Of a DNA stretch of 64,000 nucleotides, positions 1 to 11,465 are shown one piece after another. Positions within the stretch are counted from its first letter, which is position 1, and each line of letters starts with the position of its first letter. This DNA comes from an uncultured Bacteroidales bacterium (lineage in GTDB: Bacteria > Bacteroidota > Bacteroidia > Bacteroidales > UBA11471). A program made the translations under genes and the position numbers. Location of the stretch: assembly GCA_947589325.1 (NCBI GenBank), contig CANQAM010000010.1, forward strand, positions 337 through 64,336, given 5' to 3'. Under the pieces are notes generated by a model, which searched no databases, was not told the DNA's origin, and was given only the letters and a program-made list of their open reading frames with translations.

Positions 1-671
1 CCCCTCCGTATAATTTGAAAAATTCTACGGGAAATGGAATGAAATGTGGAAAAGGAGGAAAATGGTCGAATGCGGCTCTTATCAATGGATATGCAACTTA
101 TGATGATTGTATGCCTTATGATGAATATTGTCAATGGCAGAAAGCCTGTCTTTCAGAGATGTTCCGTGTAATAAAAGATGATGGGGCAATATTCTATAAT
201 CATAAATGGAGAGTGCAGGCAGGGAGAATCCAAGATCGCCATGAAATTGTACAAGATTTCCCTATTCGTCAGATTATTATCTGGAAGCGCAAAGGGGGTA
301 TAAATTTCAATGCAGGATATTTTCTCCCCACATATGAGGTTATATACTTAATTGCAAAAAAAAATTTCAAACTGGCACCGAAAGCCAATTCTTATGGTGA
401 TGTATGGGAATTTGGGCAGGAACTTAATAATTCTCACCCTGCACCTTTTCCCGTATCTTTGATAGACAGAATCATAACTTCTACAACGGCGCAGATAATA
501 ATGGATCCTTTTATGGGGAGTGGAACGACGGCTGTCGTTGCACAGGGATTAAATAGACAATTTGTCGGATTTGAGATAAGTGAACAGTATTGTAAGATTG
601 CCAATGAGAGATTGGAACGGAACAAACTGTATCCGGAAATTGCAAAATTGCACCCGCTTAAATTGTTTTAA
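1..671 (+). CDS. Site-specific DNA amino-methyltransferase (N6_N4_Mtase, beta motif order), 5'-truncated by window edge; probably m4C
   Basis: The frame is open to the window edge: nt 3-14 read PPYN (motif IV). The preceding codon is xCC, which allows S but not D or N, implying SPPY. Motif I (DPFMGSGTT) is near the C-terminus. Adjacent to an endonuclease gene. Confidence 0.9.
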   Translation, partial: PPYNLKNSTGNGMKCGKGGKWSNAALINGYATYDDCMPYDEYCQWQKACLSEMFRVIKDDGAIFYNHKWRVQAGRIQDRHEIVQDFPIRQIIIWKRKGGINFNAGYFLPTYEVIYLIAKKNFKLAPKANSYGDVWEFGQELNNSHPAPFPVSLIDRIITSTTAQIIMDPFMGSGTTAVVAQGLNRQFVGFEISEQYCKIANERLERNKLYPEIAKLHPLKLF

Positions 672-673
672 TT

Positions 674-1468
674 ATGAATGCGACATTGAAATTGATAACA
701 AAAGAGGAACTCATAGCAGGATTTCGGAAAATAGAGAAAGCCGGCTGGATAGAAAATAAACGGGGACGTAATGACGGAGCGGTTGGAAATACGTTGGAAG
801 ATTTATTGGGTATCCCTGAAAATAACCTCCCTATTCCGAATGCTGCTGAATGGGAATTAAAAGCTCAACGATCGACTACAACTTCATTGCTGACGTTATT
901 CCATACAGAACCTTCTCCTCGTGCAGCAAAACTTGTTTCGGAGATGCTGTTGCCATTGTATGGCTGGCGCCACAAACAAGCGGGAATCAAATATGCGGAA
1001 AGTGAACGTTCTTTTCGACAAACTTTGAATGGCAAAACGTTTACCGATCGTGGATTCAAGGTTGAGGTAAATCATAAAGAACAACGGGTGGAGATCGTTT
1101 TCGATCGTACTAAATGCCAAGCTGTTCATTCGGAATGGTTGCGAGAGATAGAAGCAACTGCGGGGACGACATTGCCGGTTACTCCATATTGGGGATTCAA
1201 TGATTTATATACGAAAGCAGGTACGAAGTTGCTGAATTGTTTTTATGTACAAGCCGACGTCAAAAAAGAAAATGGCAAAGAATATTTTTATTATAATAAA
1301 GTTCTGATGCTTGCGAATCTTGATATAGATAAATTTATTGAAGCAATAGAACAAGGGAAAATATATGTTGATTTTGATGCGCGAACAGGACATAATCATG
1401 GTACTAAATTTAGAATACATTTTTCAGATATTCCGTTTGTGTATAAGTCTGTAACGCAGATATTGTAA
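674..1468 (+). CDS. Type II restriction endonuclease, MvaI/BcnI family
   Basis: GAVGNTLEDLLGIPENN...EWELKAQR...LLTLF PD-(D/E)xK pattern typical of the family; starts 2 nt after the MTase stop; AT-richer than the rest of the window. Confidence 0.85.
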   Translation: MNATLKLITKEELIAGFRKIEKAGWIENKRGRNDGAVGNTLEDLLGIPENNLPIPNAAEWELKAQRSTTTSLLTLFHTEPSPRAAKLVSEMLLPLYGWRHKQAGIKYAESERSFRQTLNGKTFTDRGFKVEVNHKEQRVEIVFDRTKCQAVHSEWLREIEATAGTTLPVTPYWGFNDLYTKAGTKLLNCFYVQADVKKENGKEYFYYNKVLMLANLDIDKFIEAIEQGKIYVDFDARTGHNHGTKFRIHFSDIPFVYKSVTQIL

Positions 1469-1483
1469 AGGATATAGATTGAT

Positions 1484-1523
1484 AAACCGATTTCCGACCG
1501 AATGGACGGGAATCGGTTTTTTT
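1484..1523 (+). terminator. Intrinsic terminator after the R-M genes
   Basis: AAACCGATTTCCG ... CGGGAATCGGTTT stem (one G:U) running into a T tract. Confidence 0.75.
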
Positions 1524-1567
1524 ATGAGAATATTATCAAAAAAATATCTTTTGATTGTATTATTTTC

Positions 1568-1575
1568 TATCTTTG
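1568..1575 (+). promoter_or_regulatory. Bacteroidetes -7 promoter element
   Basis: TATCTTTG matches TAnnTTTG, 33 nt upstream of ATG 1609. Confidence 0.6.
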
Positions 1576-1608
1576 CCAACAAATGTAAAACCTAAAAAAT
1601 TGGATTGT

Positions 1609-2409
1609 ATGAAAAAGCGTTTAGGATTATTGGTTTGGTTGTGCTGCATTGCGGCAGCCGTGCAGGCGCAGAATTATCAAGATGTCGTCTATCTGAAAAA
1701 CGGGAGCATCATACGGGGTGTGATTGTGGAGCAGCAGCCGAATGTTTTGCTGAAAGTAAAAACAGGCGACGGCAGCCTTTTCGTTTTTCAAATGGCAGAG
1801 GTCGAGAAAATGACGAAAGAGGAGATAGCGGGTCGTCGTTATCGAAACAGCGATGCTTTCCTGTACGATTCGCCGCGTCCATACAAAAAGAGAACGTATA
1901 CCGATGATATGCACGGCTATTGCGGTTTTGTCGAAGTCGGAACGATTGTCAATTTCCGGGCAAGCGGAATCATCATAGCCAGAGGCGGATTTTCCGTAAA
2001 TACTTCGCACGGCTACCGGTTCAATCCGCATCTGTTTTTGGGAGGCGGTTTGGCGCTCGATTATCATAGTGCCGGCGCCCGCCTTTTCATTCCCGTGTTT
2101 GTCGATTTCCGGACAGATTTTTTGGATAGGAACATTTCCCCTGTTTTTGACGTGAAAATCGGGTATGCCTTAGGTTCTAAAACGTCTGAAACGGTCAATC
2201 CCGGAGTCTATTTCAATCCTTCTTTCGGGGTGCGTTTTGGGCTCAATCATCGTGCTTCGCTGGTGGTTATGTTGGGGTATAATATGCAGCAGCAGGTTTA
2301 CGGAGAAGAATATTATGAATACTATTCCAATGAAAGCTATCATTATCATTATGGTAATTATTATTTGCTCCGGCATGGGCTTTCTTTGCGCATAGGCGTC
2401 GGATTCTAA
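1609..2409 (+). CDS. Outer-membrane beta-barrel protein with a small N-terminal domain
   Basis: Signal peptide MKKRLGLLVWLCCIAAAVQA; DVVYLKNGSIIRG domain; alternating beta strands; C-terminal LRIGVGF. Start moved from 1555 to ATG 1609. Confidence 0.75.
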   Translation: MKKRLGLLVWLCCIAAAVQAQNYQDVVYLKNGSIIRGVIVEQQPNVLLKVKTGDGSLFVFQMAEVEKMTKEEIAGRRYRNSDAFLYDSPRPYKKRTYTDDMHGYCGFVEVGTIVNFRASGIIIARGGFSVNTSHGYRFNPHLFLGGGLALDYHSAGARLFIPVFVDFRTDFLDRNISPVFDVKIGYALGSKTSETVNPGVYFNPSFGVRFGLNHRASLVVMLGYNMQQQVYGEEYYEYYSNESYHYHYGNYYLLRHGLSLRIGVGF

Positions 2410-2420
2410 GCCGGTGCCGT

Positions 2421-2463
2421 AAAATGCAGGGAGCCGCGACTCATCGCGGCTCCCTGCATTTTT
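2421..2463. terminator. Bidirectional intrinsic terminator
   Basis: Perfect 19 bp stem AAAATGCAGGGAGCCGCGA / TCGCGGCTCCCTGCATTTT with a 4 nt loop, between convergent genes. Confidence 0.9.
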
Positions 2464-2478
2464 TAGAGAAGCACTCCG

Positions 2479-3012
2479 CTATTTTTTATACACGAGCGGG
2501 CACGACGCGAGCGATTCGCGTATCAGCCGGTTGCACAGCGCCGTGTCGGCAACGGCTTCCGACAGAGGGAACGGCAGCTTCCGTACCTCGGTTACTGCCG
2601 CGTCGGGAATGATGCTTGCCCGCAGCCGGGCGGAGGCAGGCGCTTTTTCGAGTGCCGCATATTGTTCATAGGTGTAGGTGGTGAACGCCGAAGTCGGTGC
2701 GATGCCCCGCCGGTCGAGCAGATAGCCGTCGGCAAGGGGTATCGGTTTCATTTCCGGCGATATGTCGGTCGGGTCGGGGTACGACACGATGCCGGTGCGG
2801 GCGGCGTCAAGCGTTATGGGCACGTTGTCGCGATAGTCGCCCGACGTTTTATAGATGAGAGCCGGCGGCAGGGCGCCGACCGGATTTCCGACGACAGCCG
2901 GCGCTGCCTCCACAGGCACGGCACCGGCGGCGGGCGTCGTTTCACGCGCGGAGCGGCAGGCAAGCAGCGATGCCGACAGAGCAAGGACACCCGCTATTTT
3001 CATAAGCCTCAT
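2479..3012 (-). CDS. Conserved hypothetical lipoprotein
   Basis: Signal peptide II ending LLAC; YKT..DY...VP...IVSYP.P.D...GY.LD.RGI pattern recalled from Bacteroidetes hypotheticals; ATGA overlap with the upstream peptidase. Confidence 0.75.
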   Translation of the reverse strand: MRLMKIAGVLALSASLLACRSARETTPAAGAVPVEAAPAVVGNPVGALPPALIYKTSGDYRDNVPITLDAARTGIVSYPDPTDISPEMKPIPLADGYLLDRRGIAPTSAFTTYTYEQYAALEKAPASARLRASIIPDAAVTEVRKLPFPLSEAVADTALCNRLIRESLASCPLVYKK

Positions 3013-4796
3013 TGCACAATCAGTTTATCGGTTATCGTATTTTGTGCTGTCGCGGTGCGCACGAGGTAGTGCCCTGCCGGCAGCCGCGAGATATCCACCG
3101 TTTGCCGTGTGGTGCTGTTGCCGGCAACCGACAGCAGCACTCTGCCCGAGAGGTCGATGACCGTTATCCGCTCTATCGCGCCCGATGCAGAAACGGTTAC
3201 ATAGTCGGCGGCAGGATTGGGATAGACGGCTGCATTCTCCGCCTTTGTTTCGGAAATGCCGGCGGGATTCGGTGAGAACGTCAGTGAGGTAGGGGTTGCC
3301 GTGAGGGTCAGGCTTCCGATACTGTCGAGCGGAACCAATACATCGAAATACTTATCATATAGGTTTTTACCGTTCTCGTTGAGTACCATATAAGCAGGAG
3401 TAACGGTGTAGGTACCTTTCTCTGGAAATTCCGTTATATTGAAATGACAAGACGGATAGCCATACAACGGAGAAAGTCGATACCAGCTTCTTCCCGACAA
3501 ATAAAAAAACTCGCCGTCAGTACGGGTGAGTTTCAGCAACGGTTTGTAGTTAACCGTATCGATGGCGTAGGAAACTATAAATCCGTTTATGGTAACGACC
3601 TCTTCCGTCAGACGGTTGTAGGTCGATTGAGCGGTGGTAAGATTTTTTGTCAAAACAAGTTGTGGACGGATAGTCGAGCCTTCGACAGGCGGTTGTATTC
3701 CGGTAACTATGGATTGAATGAAATTGTATCCTCCGGTTGAGCCTCCGGCTCCCTGTGAATCGGGGTCGAGTGCCGTGAGCAGGAAATAGCCGTCGCTCAT
3801 TCCGCTCCAGCCCCAATTGATATGGAAATAGTCTTCGCCGTCGCGGTATTGGTAGCCGTCGCATACGAACTCATGTCCTCCTCCGTCTTCGGATACCCCG
3901 CCATACAAGACGGGACGTTGGGCGCACAATTCATTGTAAATGATGTTTTTCCATTCCGGCAGAGAATAATAGCCCCGTTCCAAATACATTATTCCTTTGT
4001 CGTAGTTGAAATAATGGATAAGGGCGGTTGCCGCATTAAAATCCACTGCCCCACTTCCATCAAGAGCATACTCCATATCTACCGACACCCCTGCATGATA
4101 CATCAGTGTGGCTACGGCTGTTCGCGACGCAGCGGGACTGTTTGCATTGTATTCGTCGAGCATCGCCTCCCAATTGTAGGTCGTGGCGCCGAAGTCGGCG
4201 GAGATAGTTTTTTTTATGTTTTCTTGTTTGTACGAATACGACCCCGTCCCATGCAGCGGGTAGTTATGGTATTTCATGATTTGCGCCATAGCGGTAGCCA
4301 TACAGCCGCTGGGACAGTGCTTGCCGTCGATTGTGGGACACAAATCGTTGTAGGGAGCAAGTTGGTTCCACTTGGTGTGAACGAGGGGCTCTATATCCGC
4401 CCGCGCTTCGGCGGCTGTGTATGCCGTCGTTTTTTCGATAGCTCCGGCGACAGCCTGCTCTATCTCGGCGCCGTAACAGTCGAACCAGTATTGCATGGCG
4501 GACGGCACGGCATCGGCATCGAAACTTCCCGTGTCGGAATAGCCGAGCAGCGGAGTGGCGGCATCGTCGGCGGAAACGACTAAGAATCCGCCGCCTTCGT
4601 TGTTGAAAACGTATAGCGTGTTGAGGACGCCGTGCACACCGGTGTATGCCAATTCCGGCGCGGCCTCTGCCGACCTTGTCGGTGCGGAATGATGCGTTTT
4701 CACTCTTGCGAGTGCTTCTGTCGGCGAAAGCTGTCGCGCAGACAGCGAACTTGCCAGCAGGCTGGCGGACAGGAGGAGAAACAAAAACTTTTTCAT
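3009..4796 (-). CDS. C10 family (streptopain-like) cysteine peptidase with propeptide and T9SS C-terminal sorting domain
   Basis: SGCMATAMAQ (catalytic Cys), GGHEFVCDGY (His), HINWGW; C-terminal VYPNPA...DLSGR...G.Y.V...KLIVQ. Start set at MKKFLFLLL. Confidence 0.92.
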   Translation of the reverse strand: MKKFLFLLLSASLLASSLSARQLSPTEALARVKTHHSAPTRSAEAAPELAYTGVHGVLNTLYVFNNEGGGFLVVSADDAATPLLGYSDTGSFDADAVPSAMQYWFDCYGAEIEQAVAGAIEKTTAYTAAEARADIEPLVHTKWNQLAPYNDLCPTIDGKHCPSGCMATAMAQIMKYHNYPLHGTGSYSYKQENIKKTISADFGATTYNWEAMLDEYNANSPAASRTAVATLMYHAGVSVDMEYALDGSGAVDFNAATALIHYFNYDKGIMYLERGYYSLPEWKNIIYNELCAQRPVLYGGVSEDGGGHEFVCDGYQYRDGEDYFHINWGWSGMSDGYFLLTALDPDSQGAGGSTGGYNFIQSIVTGIQPPVEGSTIRPQLVLTKNLTTAQSTYNRLTEEVVTINGFIVSYAIDTVNYKPLLKLTRTDGEFFYLSGRSWYRLSPLYGYPSCHFNITEFPEKGTYTVTPAYMVLNENGKNLYDKYFDVLVPLDSIGSLTLTATPTSLTFSPNPAGISETKAENAAVYPNPAADYVTVSASGAIERITVIDLSGRVLLSVAGNSTTRQTVDISRLPAGHYLVRTATAQNTITDKLIVQ

Positions 4797-4836
4797 ATCC
4801 CTGTAAACTGTAAAGCTGGTGGAATTGTTCAATCCG

Positions 4837-7461
<2,625 letters not shown>

Positions 7462-7490
7462 GTTTTTCGATTCTGAAAATTATTGACTTG

Positions 7491-7498
7491 CAAAAATA
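7491..7498 (-). promoter_or_regulatory. -7 element for valS
   Basis: TATTTTTG on the minus strand, about 30 nt upstream of the start codon. Confidence 0.55.
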
Positions 7499-7572
7499 CG
7501 AAAAAAAAGAAAACGCCCCGCTTTCGATGCCGATATTTCATCTCTCTTTTTCCCGAATTTGTGCCGTGCGTT

Positions 7573-7602
7573 TTTGCGCGTGAAGAATTTATGGTATATT
7601 TG
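7573..7602 (+). promoter_or_regulatory. Sigma-ABfr-type promoter for the GT4 gene
   Basis: TTTG (7573-7576), 18 nt spacer, TATATTTG (7595-7602). Confidence 0.65.
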
Positions 7603-7642
7603 TATATTCGTTCGTGTGGACGGAAAAAGAAACCGACGTTTT

Positions 7643-8854
7643 ATGAAACTGTTGCAAATCAATACGACCGTCAATTACGAGGCGACGGGACGCATCGCCG
7701 AAGAAATCGGGCAGACCGCCATGGCGCACGGTTGGGAGAGTCATATCGCTTACGGGCGCTTCTCCAACGGCAGCCGCTCCCACGTGTTCAAAATCGGGAC
7801 GCAGCGCGATGTCTATGTCCACAAGCTGTACTCTTTTCTGCTCGACCGGCACGGGCTTGCCTCGAAACGCGCCACACGGGAGCTTATCGCTTATATCGAA
7901 TCGGTGTCGCCCGACATCGTTCATCTGCACAACCTGCACGGCTTTTACCTGAATTACCCCATACTGTTCCGCTGCCTGTCGCAGCTCGATGTGCCGGTGG
8001 TGTGGACGTTGCACGACTGTTGGGCTTTTACGGGGCATTGCGCATATTACGACTATGCCCGCTGCGACCGGTGGAAGACCGGCTGCCACGACTGTCCGCA
8101 GAAAAACGCTTATCCGCCCTCGTGGTTTGCCGACCGTTCGGCACGGAATTTCCGCGATAAAAAAAGGTGGTTCACTTCCTTGAACGACACGACGATAGTA
8201 CCGGTGTCGGCGTGGCTGGCGGGCGAGGTGAAAAATTCGTTTTTGGGAAAATATCCGATACGGCAGATACATAACGGGATAGATACGGACGCCTTTTCGC
8301 CGCAGCCGGTAAACAAAAAGAATTTCGGTTTGGAAAACAAATTCGTCGTATTGGGCGTGTCGAACCTTTGGGTGTTCCGGAAAGGTCTCGATGATTTCGT
8401 GCGTCTGCGGACGCTGCTGCCGGAGGAGTTTGCCATCGTCTTGGTCGGACTCACACCGAAGCAGATAAGCGAGCTTCCCGAAGGCATCGTCGGCATTCCC
8501 CGCACGAGCAGCCTGCGGGAGTTGGCGGAGTATTATTCGCTGGCTGACGTTTTCGTGAATCCTACGTGGGAGGACAATTTCCCGACGACCAATTTGGAGG
8601 CGCTTGCTTGCGGTACGCCGGTCATCACGTATCGCACAGGCGGGAGCGTGGAGGCGGTAGACGACCGCACCGGATTTATTGTGGAGCAGGGCGATACTGC
8701 CTGTATAGCTGCTATCGTGGCAGACATGAAAGCGACCGGCAAGCAGCCTTACACCGAATTTTGCCGAAGCCGTGCATTGACGTGCTTCGACAAGCGAGAC
8801 CGCTATATGGAGTATCTCCGCCTGTACGACGACCTGCTCGCCACCCGAAAATAG
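7643..8854 (+). CDS. Glycosyltransferase family 4 (WcaC-like)
   Basis: DIVHLHNLHG, WTLHDCWAFTGHCAY, EDNFPTTNLEALACGTPV (EX7E motif). Start set at MKLLQINT. Confidence 0.9.
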   Translation: MKLLQINTTVNYEATGRIAEEIGQTAMAHGWESHIAYGRFSNGSRSHVFKIGTQRDVYVHKLYSFLLDRHGLASKRATRELIAYIESVSPDIVHLHNLHGFYLNYPILFRCLSQLDVPVVWTLHDCWAFTGHCAYYDYARCDRWKTGCHDCPQKNAYPPSWFADRSARNFRDKKRWFTSLNDTTIVPVSAWLAGEVKNSFLGKYPIRQIHNGIDTDAFSPQPVNKKNFGLENKFVVLGVSNLWVFRKGLDDFVRLRTLLPEEFAIVLVGLTPKQISELPEGIVGIPRTSSLRELAEYYSLADVFVNPTWEDNFPTTNLEALACGTPVITYRTGGSVEAVDDRTGFIVEQGDTACIAAIVADMKATGKQPYTEFCRSRALTCFDKRDRYMEYLRLYDDLLATRK

Positions 8855-8892
8855 CGCCGCTTTTATTCTTTATTTTCAACGCATTAAAAAAT

Positions 8893-8936
8893 TACGCAGT
8901 GCATCGTGTAAAAATACTCAATGCACTGCGTATTTT
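8893..8936. terminator. Probable bidirectional terminator
   Basis: TACGCAGTGCAT / ATGCACTGCGTA 12 bp stem with A and T flanks, between convergent genes. Confidence 0.7.
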
Positions 8937-8959
8937 GTAAAACAGGGTCGTAAAGTGCT

Positions 8960-11395
8960 CTATTCTTGAACTTTTCTCTTTCTCCGGCAGGTGATGACGG
9001 CGGCTCCTGCGACAATGACGGCGAACAGCCCCATACCACACCACGCTATCGTTTCGGTGATGCGTATCGAGGTCGGGCGGAACGCCATGACCACTTCGTG
9101 TTCGCCGGCGGGGATATACAGTGCGCGCAGCACGTAATCGGCGCGGGCGATAGGCGTTTTCTTGCCGTCGATGGTCGCTGTCCAGCCGTGCGGGTAGAAA
9201 ATTTCGGAGAACACGGCCACGCCTCCTCGCTGCGACGATACGGCGTAGTGCAGCTCTTCGGGGTGGTACGAGGTAAGTTTCAGGGTGGCAGTCGAGTCGG
9301 CGACGGCATTTACACCCTCGAATACCGAAGCGAAACGCTTGTCGATGACGGCGGTAGTCGTCGGGTCGAAGTCGGTCAAAGCCTCCATTTCTTCGTTGGC
9401 GCTGTTCACCCATTTTATTTCGTCTACGAACCAACCGTTGCCCAAAGCCCCGTCGTTGAGGTAGGCTTGCGGAGTGCCGTTTTCGTCGGGTTCGATAAAG
9501 TATTTCGTATTCAACATATTCAGCACCTGCATGTTGCCCTTGCTTATCTGATGCTCGATAAGCTCTTGATACCGACCCAATTTGGCGGCGTGATACCCGC
9601 CGATACATTTGTGGTAGAACGGTGTAGCCCCGTCGTTGAACGTGCTTGTCGCGCTGTTATACACCCGATAGTAGAGGTCTTTGTCTTGCAGTATCGTTTT
9701 GTCGGCCGGACTTTTCGGGTAGAACGAAGCGAAATCTTTGGTTTCCTGCCGTTCGATGAAATGCCCGCTGTTGAGGTAGCGTTTATCGACGAGCCACATA
9801 TCGCCGATGCAGAGCACTATCACGGCAATGACGAATACGCGGGCGTTGAATTTCTTGCGGGCGAAAAGGAACAGCAGCACGCCGCCGAGTGCGATGACGA
9901 AGAACGACCGCCACGCATCGCTGCGGAAAATGGCGACGCGCACATCTTCAAGCGCATCGATGACTGCCGCCACTTGGGCGTTTCGTGCGGCTTGCGGCAA
10001 AAATGCCTGTACTTCCTGCGCGCTCAAAAAGTCGAAAAAGAGTCGCGGCAGCAGGGCGAACAGCAGGGCGATGCCGCCCGTCAGGGCAAAAGAGATACAT
10101 ACCCCTTTTCGGTTCTTGCGGAGCGTATCGGGATTTTTCACGATTTCGGCAACCGCCAACGCCGCCAACAGCGGGATTATCAACTCCGCCACTACGAGAA
10201 TCGACGATACCGAGCGGAATTTGGAGTACATCGGGAAGTAGTCGGCAAACAGGTTGGTGAACCACATCATGTTGTGTCCCCACGACAGGAATACCGTGAT
10301 GACCGTTGCCCCTAACAGATACCATTTGAGCCGTCCGGGCAGAATGAAAAAGGCGAGGACGAAGAGCGTCATGAAGAAAGCCCCCGCATATACGGGACCG
10401 GAGGTGAAAGGCTGGTCGCCCCAGTAGCGGTTTTGTTGGGCGATGATTTGCCGGTATTGAGCCGGCACCGACGAAGCCTCTTTTCCGATAGCGCCTGTGG
10501 CTCCGCCCTTTACGTCGGGCACCAGCAAGCTCCATGTTTCGCCTATGCCGTAGCTCCATTGCGTCATGTAGTCGCGGTCGAGACCGTCGGTTTTCACTCC
10601 GGCATTGCCGAGAGTCAGTTCCGATTTTCCGCGCATACTTTCCTTGCTGTATTCCCATGTGTGGTACAGGTTCGAGATGTTCACCGACACCGCAAGCAGC
10701 AGGGCGGCAAATGCCACGCCCGTCGCTTTGGCGAAGTCCGGAAGTTTATGTTCCCGTATGCTTTCCACCAGCCGCCACAATACGTAAGCCCCTATGATGA
10801 AGAAGGAGTAGTAGGTCATTTGTATGTGGTTCGACATTATTTGGAAAGTAAAGAACAGGGCGGTCGTCAAACCGCCGGCGATGTATCTGCCCCGATAAAT
10901 AAGTATCAACCCCGCGATGGTAGGCGGAATGTAAGCGAGTGCCAAGACTTTCCAGATATGCCCCGCCATGATGATGATAAAGAAGTACGACGAGAAAGCA
11001 TATCCGATAGCGCCGAGTACGGCGATGTCGCTGCGGGCGCCCCATACGCACAGCAGTATGTAGAAACCTATCATCAGCAGATATACATACACCACCGGTA
11101 CGGGAAGGTACAGCGAATAGAGGTTGCATACTTTGTGCAGAAAGCGGCCTGTTGCATACGACGGCGCTATTTGGTAGGTGGGCATACCCGAGAATTGGGC
11201 GTTTGTCCAGCGGATAGGATTGCCGGAATCGGTACTGTATGCCTTGATTTCCTGCCCGAATCCTTGTCGGCTGTCGTGTCCGAGAACGGTTTTCCCTTCG
11301 AAAATTTCGGGAGAGAAGTAGGCGAACGAGATGACGACAAATGCGATTATCGCATAGAGGTGCGGCAGCAGGGGTTTCAAATAGGTGCGAAACAT
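8960..11395 (-). CDS. YfhO-family multi-pass membrane protein (putative GT-C glycosyltransferase)
   Basis: About 12 hydrophobic segments; WTNAQFSGMPTYQI, HIQMTYY, GYHAAKL; C-terminal SEIFYPHGW.ATIDG...RADYVLRAL.IPAGEH. Confidence 0.8.
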   Translation of the reverse strand: MFRTYLKPLLPHLYAIIAFVVISFAYFSPEIFEGKTVLGHDSRQGFGQEIKAYSTDSGNPIRWTNAQFSGMPTYQIAPSYATGRFLHKVCNLYSLYLPVPVVYVYLLMIGFYILLCVWGARSDIAVLGAIGYAFSSYFFIIIMAGHIWKVLALAYIPPTIAGLILIYRGRYIAGGLTTALFFTFQIMSNHIQMTYYSFFIIGAYVLWRLVESIREHKLPDFAKATGVAFAALLLAVSVNISNLYHTWEYSKESMRGKSELTLGNAGVKTDGLDRDYMTQWSYGIGETWSLLVPDVKGGATGAIGKEASSVPAQYRQIIAQQNRYWGDQPFTSGPVYAGAFFMTLFVLAFFILPGRLKWYLLGATVITVFLSWGHNMMWFTNLFADYFPMYSKFRSVSSILVVAELIIPLLAALAVAEIVKNPDTLRKNRKGVCISFALTGGIALLFALLPRLFFDFLSAQEVQAFLPQAARNAQVAAVIDALEDVRVAIFRSDAWRSFFVIALGGVLLFLFARKKFNARVFVIAVIVLCIGDMWLVDKRYLNSGHFIERQETKDFASFYPKSPADKTILQDKDLYYRVYNSATSTFNDGATPFYHKCIGGYHAAKLGRYQELIEHQISKGNMQVLNMLNTKYFIEPDENGTPQAYLNDGALGNGWFVDEIKWVNSANEEMEALTDFDPTTTAVIDKRFASVFEGVNAVADSTATLKLTSYHPEELHYAVSSQRGGVAVFSEIFYPHGWTATIDGKKTPIARADYVLRALYIPAGEHEVVMAFRPTSIRITETIAWCGMGLFAVIVAGAAVITCRRKRKVQE

Positions 11396-11420
11396 GGCTT
11401 TTACGATTGAAATTCGACCT

Positions 11421-11428
11421 CAAAGATA
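11421..11428 (-). promoter_or_regulatory. -7 element for the YfhO gene
   Basis: TATCTTTG on the minus strand, 25 nt upstream of the start codon. Confidence 0.55.
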
Positions 11429-11465
11429 CGATAATAAAATGATATGAAGGCAAAATCCCGAAATT

